Assembly: GCF_054482525.1 (NCBI RefSeq)
Contig: NZ_CM137006.1
Reading direction: 5' to 3' (one strand)
DNA length: 64,000 nt
The position numbers and the translations under genes were made by a program. Positions 10,933 through 22,680 of the stretch are shown in pieces; positions within the stretch are counted from its first letter, which is position 1, and each line of letters opens with the position of its first letter. Under the pieces are notes generated by a model. That model was not told where the DNA came from. It did no database searches and saw nothing but the letters and a program-made list of their open reading frames with translations.

Positions 10933-12369
10933 TCAACCTTTCTTAATCATTGCCGAAATTGCGCCACAGTCATGAAACTTATCAAAACCAGTGGTGCCTT
11001 TGATATATTCAGTAACCAGAGTACCAATAATCTTAACCGTTTCTTTGTTCGTTGTGATAAAGCCCAGTGGCATCGTTACAGGCAATATTTCGGGTTGAGA
11101 AATATGATAGATAACGGCAGATAACTCATCCTCAAGATGAAGGATCTCAACATTACCATCTAACAGCCCCTCAACTAGTCCTTTAGCGTACTCATGGAAT
11201 TGCCCAAGTTCATACTTCCACTGTCTGGCAACCCGAGCATCAGCTGCATCCCGGACAGGTACGTACAGCACCGGTTTATACAGCTGCTTATCCTTCGTAG
11301 CCGACTTGCTAAGAAAATTGCTCAGGCTTGAGATAAATCGAATGCTTTTTGACCAGTAGGGATCTGATGGTGCCACCCAGATGAACGGGCTACCTCCATA
11401 ATCAGTTTTATCTCTGATACGCTGATTGAGCGCTGGTGCCAGAGCTTTCTGCAGCTTTTCCCAGTTGTTTTTAGAATAAACCGGACCTAAAAAAGTCGTT
11501 CTGCCTGAGGACGAGTATTCTTCCAGTGCTTGCATATCTTTGATAAACAACGGATTAAGTCGATTCGTTTTAGAGTCAAACAGCTTAAGCGTAAGGTCAT
11601 CGTTAATGGATTGCATGGCCTTAAAAATACTCATGGTATTGTTATGCCGTGATAACCTGGCTATCTCAACAGCCATTAACTCATGAACACATTCCGAACT
11701 ATTTAACTGTTCATAGTCTTCACGCTCGACAGCCTTACCATCGCTATCCATTTTAAATTCCGTTGTTAAACGGAGTGGTATTTGCCGCAGCTTATTAACA
11801 GAATTAACGGTATAGATAGAAGGTTGTTCTTTTCCGACCTGAACCTGCAGGTGAGACAGGTAACCTTTATCCAGGATTTGATTAAACTGGTATTGAAAGT
11901 GCTTCTCAACCAGTTTCTCACTTTGAGAAATGTTGTTGTCATCAACCTTTAATGTTACCCCTCCCCTCCAGTGGTCCTGAAAAGCCTGGTTGCTGAAGCA
12001 ACTAAATGTGGCTAAATCAAAGGATAAGGTACAGCCACTGTCCTGAATAGTTGAAAGATGCGGTATCTCGCCAACCTCTGAAAAATAGCCATTTGATTTG
12101 TCTGTTAAGGCCAGTCTGCCGTCTGAGGAGAGCGTCAATTCGCCACGCTGCACAAGATCGGAAATCGCCTCCTCTGTCTCACGGTGGGTCAGGCCGAAAT
12201 AGGTTGCTATTTGTGCTTTGCTCATCGAAGCTACATGAACAAGTCTCAGCACAAACTCCCGGATAAATGGCAGCCCCTTCTGGGAAACATAGGAAAACTG
12301 AATGTTAAACCTCTGTGCTGGCAGCAGGAAGTCAACCTCATGATAGGTAACTTTGTTATCAGATATCAT
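10933..12369 (-). CDS. hypothetical protein (478 aa), translationally coupled to the upstream helicase-domain gene
   Basis: ATG at 12369-12367 overlaps the TGA (12368-12366) of the upstream gene (ATGA overlap); no domain recognised by me. Confidence 0.7.
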   Translation of the reverse strand: MISDNKVTYHEVDFLLPAQRFNIQFSYVSQKGLPFIREFVLRLVHVASMSKAQIATYFGLTHRETEEAISDLVQRGELTLSSDGRLALTDKSNGYFSEVGEIPHLSTIQDSGCTLSFDLATFSCFSNQAFQDHWRGGVTLKVDDNNISQSEKLVEKHFQYQFNQILDKGYLSHLQVQVGKEQPSIYTVNSVNKLRQIPLRLTTEFKMDSDGKAVEREDYEQLNSSECVHELMAVEIARLSRHNNTMSIFKAMQSINDDLTLKLFDSKTNRLNPLFIKDMQALEEYSSSGRTTFLGPVYSKNNWEKLQKALAPALNQRIRDKTDYGGSPFIWVAPSDPYWSKSIRFISSLSNFLSKSATKDKQLYKPVLYVPVRDAADARVARQWKYELGQFHEYAKGLVEGLLDGNVEILHLEDELSAVIYHISQPEILPVTMPLGFITTNKETVKIIGTLVTEYIKGTTGFDKFHDCGAISAMIKKG

Positions 12370-15300
12370 TTCTTTTTGCCTCCCTGCTGAGCAGAGAGGA
12401 ACCTGTATCCAGCTTCCTGACCTCGCTCAGCCATATAACTTACAACGTAGCCTAATGGCAATTCTTTATTGTTTCCCTTCCAGATATCGGCATTACCCAC
12501 AATCAACAGTCGATCCATTGCGCGTGACATCGCGACATTTATACGGTTTGGAACGCGTAAGAAACCTGGGCTATGCTGCTTATCCGAACGCGTCAGTGAC
12601 AGGATAATGATCCGATTTTCCTTTCCCTGATAACTGTCAACAGTGTCAATTTTAACAATGTCCTTAAATCCCTCGCTCCAGATTTCCTGATTGAATTTCT
12701 GACGGAGTAACCGCTTTTGTTCGGCATACATACATATCACGCCGATAGCGGCTTCATCTTTGCTAACAAGTTTTGAAAGCTTAGCGACAAATTCTTCATT
12801 CTCTGACACCTGTTTAAGAACAGAAATAATCTCGTCAGCTTCACATCGGTTGTAAATGCTTGTTCCGCGATCTTCAAGATGATGTGCTCGGTGGCCCTGA
12901 TTAGCAGTATCAAGCCAGGTTACAACGCTACGTAACGCTTCCGGAGCTTGCTGATAGACATCCGGAATTGCCCGTACTCCATTCAGAAGCTTCCCGTCAT
13001 AAAACGTCTTCGATACGAGATTACCAATCGGTGGAGCCATACGATACTGGGTCATCAAAGCTGCACTCGTCTGCGCACCATAAGCAGAGTTGAAGGCTCG
13101 GGCAAAGTCACTTCGTAATACCTCGTCAATTTCAGTGCGGGAGTTATTGATACCCAGCTTCCTCGCTAATGCCGCCTTGTGGGCATCTGAGTACAATGGA
13201 GGAAGCTGCATGTGGTCACCCACCAACAGGACACGCCGGGCTGACTGCATTGCAATGGCCAGCTCACTTGAAATCGAGCGCGCCGCCTCATCAATAATCA
13301 CCCAGTCATAGATATTCTCCTGAATGCCAATGTGCCCTTGTCCAATACCAACGCATGTGCCAGCCACTAACTGCCTGGAGCGCGAATAAAACTCGTCCAG
13401 GTTCACTCGCTCTCCCGACATAGCATCCTGCATATCACGGGATATTTTAGCTAATGCTTTTACTCGTCTTGCCTCATCAGGTCTGACACCATACTCTGTA
13501 CATAGCTTGGAAATCAGAATGTCTTTTGCTGCTGAGACCTTCACGCCATTGTCCAAGTTAATCCCATACTCCTGACTCAGCTTAGAGCGGATGGAAAAAT
13601 CGAGTTCGACTGCAATATCTTTCAGTTCATTGCTCTCATTTGAATCCGTTAAATTGTTAACCTGATAGAGCAATTTCTCAAGGTGATCGATTTGTCTGAA
13701 CAAATTGAGCTCTGCAAGAACAACACCCGAAATAAATCCCGGCTCAAGACCAATAGCTTCACTCAATGCTTCAACACGGTACTTAATTTCAGCATTGAAG
13801 AGTTCGCGCTTCTCTGTTGTGATTGCGTGTGAGTACACATCTTTTAAGCCAGGGGAAACGGCTCCCTCTCGGTTGCTGAACCTGACAACGTCCAACTCTG
13901 TACCAAGCCGGGAACAATGCTTTCTGATACGCTCGGCCGCTGTATTCACAGCCTCGTGTGACTGGCTGACCAGTAAAATGCGTTTGGTATTCTGTTTCTC
14001 GATCAGGTAGTGAACAAAGGCCGCGATGAACTCGGTTTTACCGGTCCCCGGTGGCCCCTGAAGCAGGGAGAGAGGGCCATTATTGACCAGTTTGTTAAAC
14101 GCCTTTCTTTGCTGTTCATTCAGACTGATCTTGTTTCCGTGCTGATCTTCACGGTCGTATCTGGCAAAATCGGTATCGCTGAGAGTGATACCATAATTTT
14201 GAGCCGCCTGTTTGCAGGATGGATCGAACAAGTCAATTAAGTCAGGCAGCACACTTTCTCGATCTAGGAGACGTTCCAGTGCGCGTTTACGTTTCTGATA
14301 AGATGCACGAGTCGGCCTTGTACGGAAGAAGACAATATCAGAATCCTTCAGCTTGAAGGCTGCTGAACTAACTTTGACAAGACGAATCTCTTTGAGCTCT
14401 GACTTCTTAAGTGACACTTCACCAATAAATCGCTCAACACCTTCCTGATCGACCTGTAAGGCTTCGACTTCATCACTACTTCTGAAAGCACCGAGTGGAT
14501 CAACATCAGCAGAGTAAGGGAGAAGAAGCTCTCCATGAGCATCTGCAACCGGGACCACTTCACCGCTGATTTCAATGTTTGGATAAGATTCTGTTTCAGT
14601 ATCCAGAATGGCGCGCCACAGTTTCACTGTTGGGATTTCCAGCACTTCTCTTAAAGAAGGTTCAAGCGTCTGCTTATCAAGCCTTGCAAAGGTATCTTTT
14701 AGCTGAAGCGTAAGTGGCTCTTGTACCTGAACATCTTCAGTTGCGGCAATCAACTCGATTGCCCGCGCAAAAGATTCTTCTTCATTAAGCAATACTGTCA
14801 ACGCCGACAGATCCTGCGGACTGCCGGGAATAATCTTGATGCCAGTATCAATTTCGAACTGGCTTTCATCAATATCTTGCTTACGAATTGTGACGCGAGC
14901 CCGTGGCCTGAAGCCATGAACCAGCGTCTTCTGATCTTTGTTGAACACCGCAGTAAAACTGCCACCAATCCCAGAGAAAGTCACATTTACTTCAGCTGGC
15001 GCTTTAGGATTTGACTTAACTTTGACATACAGATGCCCGTTATCAGGCAGAATAGAGATTATTTCATCGGCATTTCCTGCAGTAATCTCTATCAGGTCTT
15101 GTTCTGGCACCAGGTCATTACTATCTATCGCTTTTTTAAAGCGGCCTAAATCCTTAAACCCAAAAACCGGATCTTCCAGCTCTGCTCGGATAGCATTCGC
15201 GATTGTCGGATAAATGTCTGATTCCAGCCCCCATGACATGCCTAGCAACTCGCAGGACATCTTCATCACTGCATAGTTGTCACGTTCAAAAGAAGTACAA

Positions 15301-15682
15301 TTATCAATGTATTCAGGGCTGTAACTGTGATTTTTAGGTTCGTCACCGGACGGTGAAAAATCGGGGATATCGATGAGAAAAAGCAAACGGCTCTGTGTCT
15401 CAAATATCACATTGCCAGGGTGGATGTCCCCGTGAGAAACACCCAGACCATGTAAGTGCTCAACGGCGGCGACAAACTTACCAATGAGGTCGATTTTTTC
15501 ATCATCGGGGACCGCTATTTTATCCCAGGTTTCTCCCTGTACCTGATCCGTGACCATATATAGGCTTGATGATTTTGATGCGATACCGAATTCACGAATT
15601 TGAGGTAGATACGTTGTTTTAACTGAAGAAAGCCGCTCAACCTGCTTTAAAAACTTCAGAACCTGGAAATTAATTGACGGAT
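12366..15682 (-). CDS. 3' portion of IS629-split gene: protein-kinase-like C-lobe plus SF1 Upf1-like helicase
   Basis: ORF track 12366..15557 (1063 aa); the frame stays open upstream to the IS629 boundary at 15682 (my manual translation). Motifs HGDIHPGNVIF and IDIPDF (kinase-like), GPPGTGKT (Walker A), VIIDEAA (Walker B), DTVDSYQGKE and VAMSRAMDRLLIVG (SF1 helicase). Confidence 0.75.
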
Positions 15683-15736
15683 TGAACCGCCCCGGGAATC
15701 CTGGAGACTAAACTCCCTGAGAAAGAGGTAAACAGG

Positions 15737-16063
15737 ATGACTAAAAATACTCGTTTTTCCCCCGAAGTCCGTCAGAGGGCGATTCGTATGGTTCTGGAAA
15801 GTCAGGGCGAATATGACTCACAGTGGGCGGCAATTTGTTCCATTGCCCCAAAGATTGGCTGTACACCGGAGACTCTGCGTGTCTGGGTACGCCAGCATGA
15901 GCGGGATACCGGAGGCGGTGATGGCGGGCTCACCACCGCTGAACGTCAGCGTCTGAAAGAGCTGGAACGTGAAAATCGTGAACTGCGCCGCAGTAACGAT
16001 ATCCTTCGCCAGGCTTCCGCTTATTTTGCGAAGGCGGAGTTCGACCGCCTCTGGAAAAAATGA
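15737..16063 (+). CDS. IS629 transposase OrfA
   Basis: 108-aa [25 protein letters not shown]... with HTH and leucine-zipper-like C-terminus; IS3-family OrfA. Confidence 0.85.
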   Translation: MTKNTRFSPEVRQRAIRMVLESQGEYDSQWAAICSIAPKIGCTPETLRVWVRQHERDTGGGDGGLTTAERQRLKELERENRELRRSNDILRQASAYFAKAEFDRLWKK

Positions 16064-16950
16064 TGCCACTGCTGGATAAGCTGCGTGAGCAGTACGGGGT
16101 CGGACCGCTATGCAGCGAACTGCATATTGCCCCGTCAACGTATTACCACTGTCAGCAACAGCGACATCATCCGGATAAACGCAGTGCCCGTGCGCAGCGC
16201 GATGACTGGCTGAAGAAAGAGATACAGCGCGTATACGATGAAAATCATCAGGTGTACGGTGTGCGTAAAGTCTGGCGTCAGTTGTTACGGGAAGGTATCA
16301 GAGTGGCCAGATGCACTGTGGCACGTCTCATGGCGGTTATGGGACTTGCCGGTGTTCTCCGGGGTAAAAAGGTCCGTACGACCATCAGCCGGAAAGCCGT
16401 TGCCGCAGGCGACCGCGTAAACCGTCAGTTCGTGGCAGAACGACCTGACCAGCTGTGGGTGGCTGATTTTACTTACGTCAGCACATGGCGGGGCTTCGTC
16501 TATGTGGCGTTCATCATTGATGTGTTTGCCGGATACATCGTGGGGTGGCGGGTCTCATCGTCTATGGAAACGACATTCGTGCTGGATGCTCTGGAGCAGG
16601 CGTTATGGGCCCGTCAACCGTCCGGCACAGTCCATCACAGTGATAAAGGTTCTCAGTATGTATCGCTGGCCTACACACAGCGGCTTAAGGAAGCCGGATT
16701 ACTGGCATCAACAGGAAGTACTGGTGACTCGTATGACAACGCGATGGCGGAGAGCATCAATGGCCTTTACAAAGCGGAGGTAATACACCGTAAGAGCTGG
16801 AAAAACCGGACAGAAGTGGAGCTGGCCACACTCACGTGGGTGGACTGGTATAACAATCGACGATTGCTGGAAAGGCTGGGCCATATCCCACCGGCAGAAG
16901 CAGAAAAAGCTTATTATGCTTCCATCGGAAACGATGATCTGGCAGCCTGA
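16060..16950 (+). CDS. IS629 transposase OrfB (DDE integrase domain)
   Basis: 296-aa ORF overlapping orfA; DDE transposase core; normally expressed as an OrfAB fusion by frameshifting. Confidence 0.85.
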   Translation: MMPLLDKLREQYGVGPLCSELHIAPSTYYHCQQQRHHPDKRSARAQRDDWLKKEIQRVYDENHQVYGVRKVWRQLLREGIRVARCTVARLMAVMGLAGVLRGKKVRTTISRKAVAAGDRVNRQFVAERPDQLWVADFTYVSTWRGFVYVAFIIDVFAGYIVGWRVSSSMETTFVLDALEQALWARQPSGTVHHSDKGSQYVSLAYTQRLKEAGLLASTGSTGDSYDNAMAESINGLYKAEVIHRKSWKNRTEVELATLTWVDWYNNRRLLERLGHIPPAEAEKAYYASIGNDDLAA

Positions 16951-16992
16951 GTTCACAGATAAAACACTCTCCAGGAAACCCGGGGCGGTTCA

Positions 16993-18649
16993 GATCGTAT
17001 CCCTGTCCCCCAACATTCAGCCAAGCCTTCACGAGCCTTCCTTTCGAGATATAGACTTCTTTGTCGACTGTTTCGACCTGAAACTGAAAGCCATCGTCTT
17101 CCGGGTATTGACGAGCGTGATTGATAGCATGTCGGTAAGGGTCAAGCTCAGTATCATCAAATGTTGGAATATCCTTGCCAGCAGGTTCGGCTTGTTTCAG
17201 GGCATCAAAGAATTCTGTTGCAGAAGTGAATTTTGCGGCAACGGCATCCCGTAATACAGATGAATACCAGTGCTGGCTGTTTAGCATGTTGTCCTGTACT
17301 TTCTCCAGACTCTTTGGCGACATGCGCATACCGCTAAATAAGTGCCAGGCGACAAGGCCCAGAGTATGAACATCTTGCTGAAAAGGCGTAAGCTCGCCCT
17401 TATCAAGCATGTCTTTTACGTGGACTGCACCTACGGATAAAAGCTTACGGTAATCGCCAACCGTTCCGGCTGGCTGGTGGTAAGCCGAAATAAAGTTCGA
17501 AAGAGCAACTTCTTTTGAAGGTGAAATCCACAGACTGTGATCGGCGACATCCCTGTGCGCAATTTTCATCTCATGGAGATCACTAAACTTTGCAATGAGC
17601 AGTTTCACCACATTCAAGCGGTCCATATCAGAAAAGTTCTTACCATATTTTCCGATAAACTCATTAAACCGGACATGACCCGGCGGAACTTCGTAGACTT
17701 CGCTATACTCGGCCGTCACCTCGTCTTTCTGAAAACTCGTCAAAGACCTGAGACAGTGGTTATACAGGTCACGATTCTGGTGATTGATGTGCTGTAACAC
17801 TTCGCGCTCACGTGAAACAATCTGAGCTCGTCCTTCCGGGGTATTCGCTTTCGTTCCCGTTATATTTCTAAAATTCCATACTCTGAGTAGCGCTTCGCTG
17901 TTCGTTGATATCTCAGATTTTGCCAGATATTCTCGATACACCTTTTTAGGATGTTCGAAAATCATATCATTAGCTTCATAGCCATTAACTCTCAAGGCTT
18001 TTGGTGCCGTCTGAGGCCCTAGGAACAAATCATCGAAAAGATGGAAATCCTTGTTAAGAACCTTGGTAGCTGGGTGCGGTTTGAAATAGTTATTGAAGCT
18101 CCCGCGATCGGCAAACTTCAGGAAATCTTTTAACGAGATCGTATGGCGCCGTTGTTCCTCCGGCAGCGCGCTGAAATCTGCATTGCCGGTCATCACAACA
18201 AAAAAATGAACAATCGGGATATAGCCTTTGTTCGTAAAACGGTCTACCAGACGCTTGAGTTTTTTGTCCAGCATGAATTTTTTGCTACGAGTCACGCTTA
18301 CTGGCGAGCGCCCCATGTTCTTATCACCTTTAAACCAAGTATCTCCGCGTGCGGTTACAGGCTGATGGTTCCAGTCTTTCAGTTCAACAATGATCACGTT
18401 GCAGTGTGTTACAATAACTAAATCGAATTCCCCCTCTTTTTTTGCCTCAACAAATCGAAAACCTGCATAACCTTTCCAAGGGAACATTTCATTGCCGATA
18501 AAACCATAGCTTTTTAGCTGCTCACTAATTGAACCGCTACGGAAAGGCTTGTCAGGCTTAGATACGTTGACTGAAAAAGCAGCTTTTATTTTCTCGATAG
18601 CCAATACTTCCTGTTCTTGTAAGCCACCATCCCACATTTCTACTTCCAA
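16993..18649 (-). CDS. 5' portion of IS629-split gene: NERD nuclease-related domain plus protein-kinase-like domain
   Basis: TTG start at 18649 preceded by AAGGAG; NERD-like signature EFDLVIVTHCNVIIVELKDW; kinase-like HRD at KIAHRDVADHSLWI and DVHTLGLVAWHLFSG. The annotated ORF runs on into IS629 (to 16832), so its last about 50 codons are IS-derived. Confidence 0.75.
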
Positions 18650-19311
18650 CGGTGTTCTCCTTAAATTTCAGTAAAAATAAGGTCATTTATTCTGGTCAAT
18701 ATGGCAGGTTTCGATGTTTATAGTTCTGAATACTATGGTGTTTTACACGTTCATTCTGGTTATTATACGTAGAAAAGAATTTATCGGGCAACGCCGAGAT
18801 GACGCGGCCCCGTTAAACCGTGTAGTGGTAGATGATGAGATCAGATACAGGGATCAACTGACGGTGAGCGCAGTCCCCACATTTTATCCGGAGTTTACCG
18901 CTATTCCCGGCTGCCATTCGTTAGCACAGGCCCGCAAGTACCCTGATTTGCCGCTGGTTTTGCTTTCCCATCGAAGGGCCCATACATCATCACGCCCGCG
19001 AAACAGTCGACAAAATAACGCAACTTTCTCATCCGTGGATAATACGGAAACGCACTGCACAGGACTCTGCGGTTTACGTCACCATTCAATCCCATAAGCT
19101 TCAAGTTATGTTTGCCCTCAGTGCAGCTAATTCATCACTGTCAGATTTATGAACCATATTCGTTACCTGTATCCGATCCACTGAGGCACCACGGCAGAAA
19201 TTCGGGTCCCCTACACTGATGACAAAGCGCCCCGCCCTCTTCTGCCTATTAACTCAAGCACCTCCCAACAACTTACAGAAACTTAATTCTAATACCTAAT
19301 ACAACTGTAAT

Positions 19312-19875
19312 TCAGTTATGTCGTGGTCGGCCCCGGTTGCTTTTTTCGGGAAGCCTGCTACGGCCCAGAATAATACCGTGTTCTTTCTGATCCTGTTTAG
19401 CCAGGTAGCTAAGGGCGTAACGTAAACCGTCTACCGCAGACTTATCACTATAGTGAATCACGTGATCGATACGCACCGGGTATTTGTCTTTAGTACTGCA
19501 CAGGTGAAAATAACCCTCCCCTTCCGTGATCCGACTCCAGATATCTCCCAGTTGCCTGGATATCCGATAAAATTTCTTGTGACGTTGCCCATCCAAGTAG
19601 CCGATAAAATGAATATGAAGTCCCTTGTTTGACGTATATTCCATTACCCAGTAATATCCCGCCAGCATCGTTTGGGTTTCACTAAGTAAGCGGTGCATTT
19701 CAATACACATACTGTGCCTACAGGAATGACCAAAACTGGGCGTGTCTTTCCTGTAGGCAAAATCAATTCTGAAAGGTAACAGTTTAGAAAAACGTTGAAA
19801 CAGACCTTCCATGTGTTCATTCACGTCTTTCAGAATCATGAAGTCCATTTCGTAATTGGGATTAGCATTATACAT
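19312..19875 (-). CDS. island-associated protein (YfjJ-like / inovirus Gp2-type family, by recollection)
   Basis: 187-aa ORF; character of CP4-57-type island backbone proteins; family assignment from memory only. Confidence 0.45.
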   Translation of the reverse strand: MYNANPNYEMDFMILKDVNEHMEGLFQRFSKLLPFRIDFAYRKDTPSFGHSCRHSMCIEMHRLLSETQTMLAGYYWVMEYTSNKGLHIHFIGYLDGQRHKKFYRISRQLGDIWSRITEGEGYFHLCSTKDKYPVRIDHVIHYSDKSAVDGLRYALSYLAKQDQKEHGIILGRSRLPEKSNRGRPRHN

Positions 19876-20695
19876 TTTATAGTCCTTACTTTATAAAAGT
19901 TACAGGAAGGTGGAATTACATAAATACTGAGAGTACAGAAACGCCGTACCGCGGCATTAATAAACGAGGTAACCAGCAGCACAGACAACCTGATAAAACT
20001 GTTTCGTATTACCTCATTACTCCAAAGAGGTAATATTTCAGAGTACAGTAAGACTCACTTAAACTGAGGACCAGTACGAATTACAATGGTAAAAACACAC
20101 CTCATAGAATTGAGTTTAAGGAAGTACCATTCAATCACTTACAGGAAGTAATCTGACATTCACAAAAGCCAGTATCGGGTAGCCACAGGCAACACCGCTA
20201 TTAATACTTCTGTACCATTAAGTAAAAACAGCGACCCAGCTTAAGGCCTCTACAGATATTTAACTTCACCATAAAAATGATGGTATACAGACCATACCCC
20301 ACACACCATAAGAATATTATTTCATACAGGAAAGATTATATTTTTTCATACCTATAAACTGTAACAGAGCCATAACATACTCTAATAGTGTTCCGGTACG
20401 TAACCAGTGTTAAGTGCGTACAAGACAACATAACAGATCACATAACTTCCACTAATAATACTAATTAACCTAAATTATTTATTGAACACGAAAACAATGA
20501 AGGCCCCACCTCACCTCAGACTAAAGCCGACAATATCCTGAGCAACACTCTATCCAATAGTAAATAGTGGTTACACCAGTTATATTTACTGACTGACCTG
20601 TACCAGAGTTTTCTAATACAACGCTGACATGGTAAAGACATTAGTCTCCTCCGCAAGTAGCAGAGGAGACTATATGTACTCAACGATTAAGTCGT

Positions 20696-22147
20696 TCAGA
20701 GGTCAAAGTTAGGTGCGACACACAACGTTTTTCCCTCAATAACCGGTACAACTCTGTTTTGTTCATACAGTAAATCCAGTAACCAGTTGATTTTATCCTT
20801 TTTCCGGAAACGGTTCGGACCACGCTGTAAAATGTCATTTTTTTTCATACAGAGGATCCCCTTCTCAATACAATAGCTTTTTATCCAGTTGAAAAGTTCA
20901 AGCTCCTCTGGAATGAGTCGCACAGGTACGGTCAGGGCAGAGTTGTCAAAAGTTAACGGATTAGACAACCGCACATACTCATTACCGTACCATATTGCTA
21001 ATTCTCTCGCCATTTCTGCAGTGTAAGGGGAAATCTCCCCCTCTTCACCGCTCGAATGGTAAATAAGTCCTGCCAATCTTGCCATATACTCTGCATTTTT
21101 AGCAGCATATTCCCGGCAATGTCTTAAAGGCCCCAATCCCCCCAGCTTCGATTCCACATCATTGTAATAATCCGTCCAGATTCTGGCAGCCTGAGGAGAA
21201 AAGTGAAGGCAACGTCGTTCACCACTCATCGCCAGACTTTCATCAATAAGCTCATTGATCCTCTCTTCAAACAAATCCTGATACTGTGATGAATAATTAT
21301 CTCCGGTTATTATCCTTGTCCCCTGCGTTGATGTTGGTTGACACATCAAAAACCTTGCATGATGTCCTGACGTTTTCACAATTTCTTTTTTTCGCGTACA
21401 AAAACCTTTGTGGTAAACATCAGGCTGAATCATCACCGATATCGTCAGTCTTGGCTCCTTCAAATTAATTCCGGGAGATGATTTCCTGTCGATGAAAAGA
21501 GAACCTCCATCCCACAAAGTGTTAATAATTCCCAGTTTACTCATGGCCCGGCTGTCAAAAATTACCCCCCCTTCACTGGATACAAGAGCAAAAGAGCGAT
21601 TGCTATCGGAGTAATATTTTAACATTCCCTCTATCGTTGTCTCATTAAAAATTGTTCGACGTATCTGCGGCGGAACAGGAGGTTTATTCAGATGCGTTTC
21701 AAGCTCTGATTCTGTTGCCTTGTAATCTTTACCGGCACGAATCTCTTTATGAAATTTTGATTCCAGCGCTTTTTGTTTTTGCTCCCATATTTCCTTTTCT
21801 GTACTGTAATTCTCAACCAGTTTCGCGTATTCTTCCGCCAGGGCTTCATCCCTGAGATAAAATGCTTTCATAAACACTTTATCCACGGTCGTTTTCCTTT
21901 CACCGGAATCAGCCAGAATCAGAGAGTAAAGATTAACAGGCCCATGTAAATTTCCAGGTCTGCATACGTCAATCTGATTCTGACAGGCAATTGAGATCGC
22001 TGTTAATGCGGATGTTGCCACCATAGCCAAAGGTGCCTGTGTATTTTTTTGAGTTTCAATTATTGCATTTCTCACCAGCGGTGGTAGTGCATATATCGGA
22101 TAAGGATTTTCTGGTGCAAGTAAGCACATAAAAGCCTCTCTTTTCAT
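20696..22147 (-). CDS. DUF3987-type (YfjI-like) island protein
   Basis: 483-aa ORF; resembles the large P-loop-less YfjI/DUF3987 proteins found beside AlpA in P4/CP4-57-like islands. Confidence 0.55.
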   Translation of the reverse strand: MKREAFMCLLAPENPYPIYALPPLVRNAIIETQKNTQAPLAMVATSALTAISIACQNQIDVCRPGNLHGPVNLYSLILADSGERKTTVDKVFMKAFYLRDEALAEEYAKLVENYSTEKEIWEQKQKALESKFHKEIRAGKDYKATESELETHLNKPPVPPQIRRTIFNETTIEGMLKYYSDSNRSFALVSSEGGVIFDSRAMSKLGIINTLWDGGSLFIDRKSSPGINLKEPRLTISVMIQPDVYHKGFCTRKKEIVKTSGHHARFLMCQPTSTQGTRIITGDNYSSQYQDLFEERINELIDESLAMSGERRCLHFSPQAARIWTDYYNDVESKLGGLGPLRHCREYAAKNAEYMARLAGLIYHSSGEEGEISPYTAEMARELAIWYGNEYVRLSNPLTFDNSALTVPVRLIPEELELFNWIKSYCIEKGILCMKKNDILQRGPNRFRKKDKINWLLDLLYEQNRVVPVIEGKTLCVAPNFDL

Positions 22148-22347
22148 TAATGGGTTAGTAAAATAGCAGCAAATCCCGCTACAATAGCGAAAATAGCTGC
22201 TATTCAGACCTGATGCTCTGAGAAATACAGAGCATTTGTAGATCTGATGTTTAATAAACCGATAAGGTTAATTCAGTGAAGACTGTATTATTCACCACGA
22301 AATATCATTCATATTTCTCATTCTTAATACCTCCAGAAATTATTTCA

Positions 22348-22680
22348 CTAATACCTTTCCCCCGGTCTTTTCCCTTTCTCCAGAACCATAGTGTAAATAT
22401 TAACGGCCCCACGTAAATTTCCGGGACTGCATACGTCAACCTGATTCTGACAGGCAATTGACATCGCTGTTAATACTGACATTGCAACCAGAGTCAGAGG
22501 TACTTGTTTATTGTATTGAACTTTAATTATTGCATTCCCTATCATTGATGGTCATGCATATACTGAATACGGCATATCCGGTTTGATGTAAGGCATAAAT
22601 GCTTCCTTTTTCGTAATACGTTTCGGTTATAGCAGCAATTACCGCTACAATAGCGACAATAGCTGCTCTTTCAACAATGA
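22348..22680 (-). pseudogene. diverged tandem duplicate of the 5' end and promoter of the DUF3987 gene
   Basis: 22380-22670 aligns at roughly 80 percent identity with 21900-22200; the 65-aa ORF 22348..22545 repeats the N-terminus of the 483-aa protein (VPLTLVAMSVLTAMSIACQNQVDVCSPGNL versus APLAMVATSALTAISIACQNQIDVCRPGNL). Confidence 0.5.

Larger units (their letters stand above)
15683..16992 (+). mobile_element. IS629 (IS3 family) insertion sequence, 1310 bp, flanked by 3-bp target duplication GAT
   Basis: Termini TGAACCGCCCCGGG...CCCGGGGCGGTTCA; GAT at 15680-15682 and 16993-16995; encodes OrfA and OrfB identical in character to IS629/IS1203 as I recall them. Confidence 0.85.

Noticed and set aside
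16832-16992. C-terminal 50 codons of the NERD-kinase ORF as native protein sequence
   Set aside because: These codons lie inside the IS629 right end, so they are a read-through into the insertion sequence, not part of the ancestral gene.
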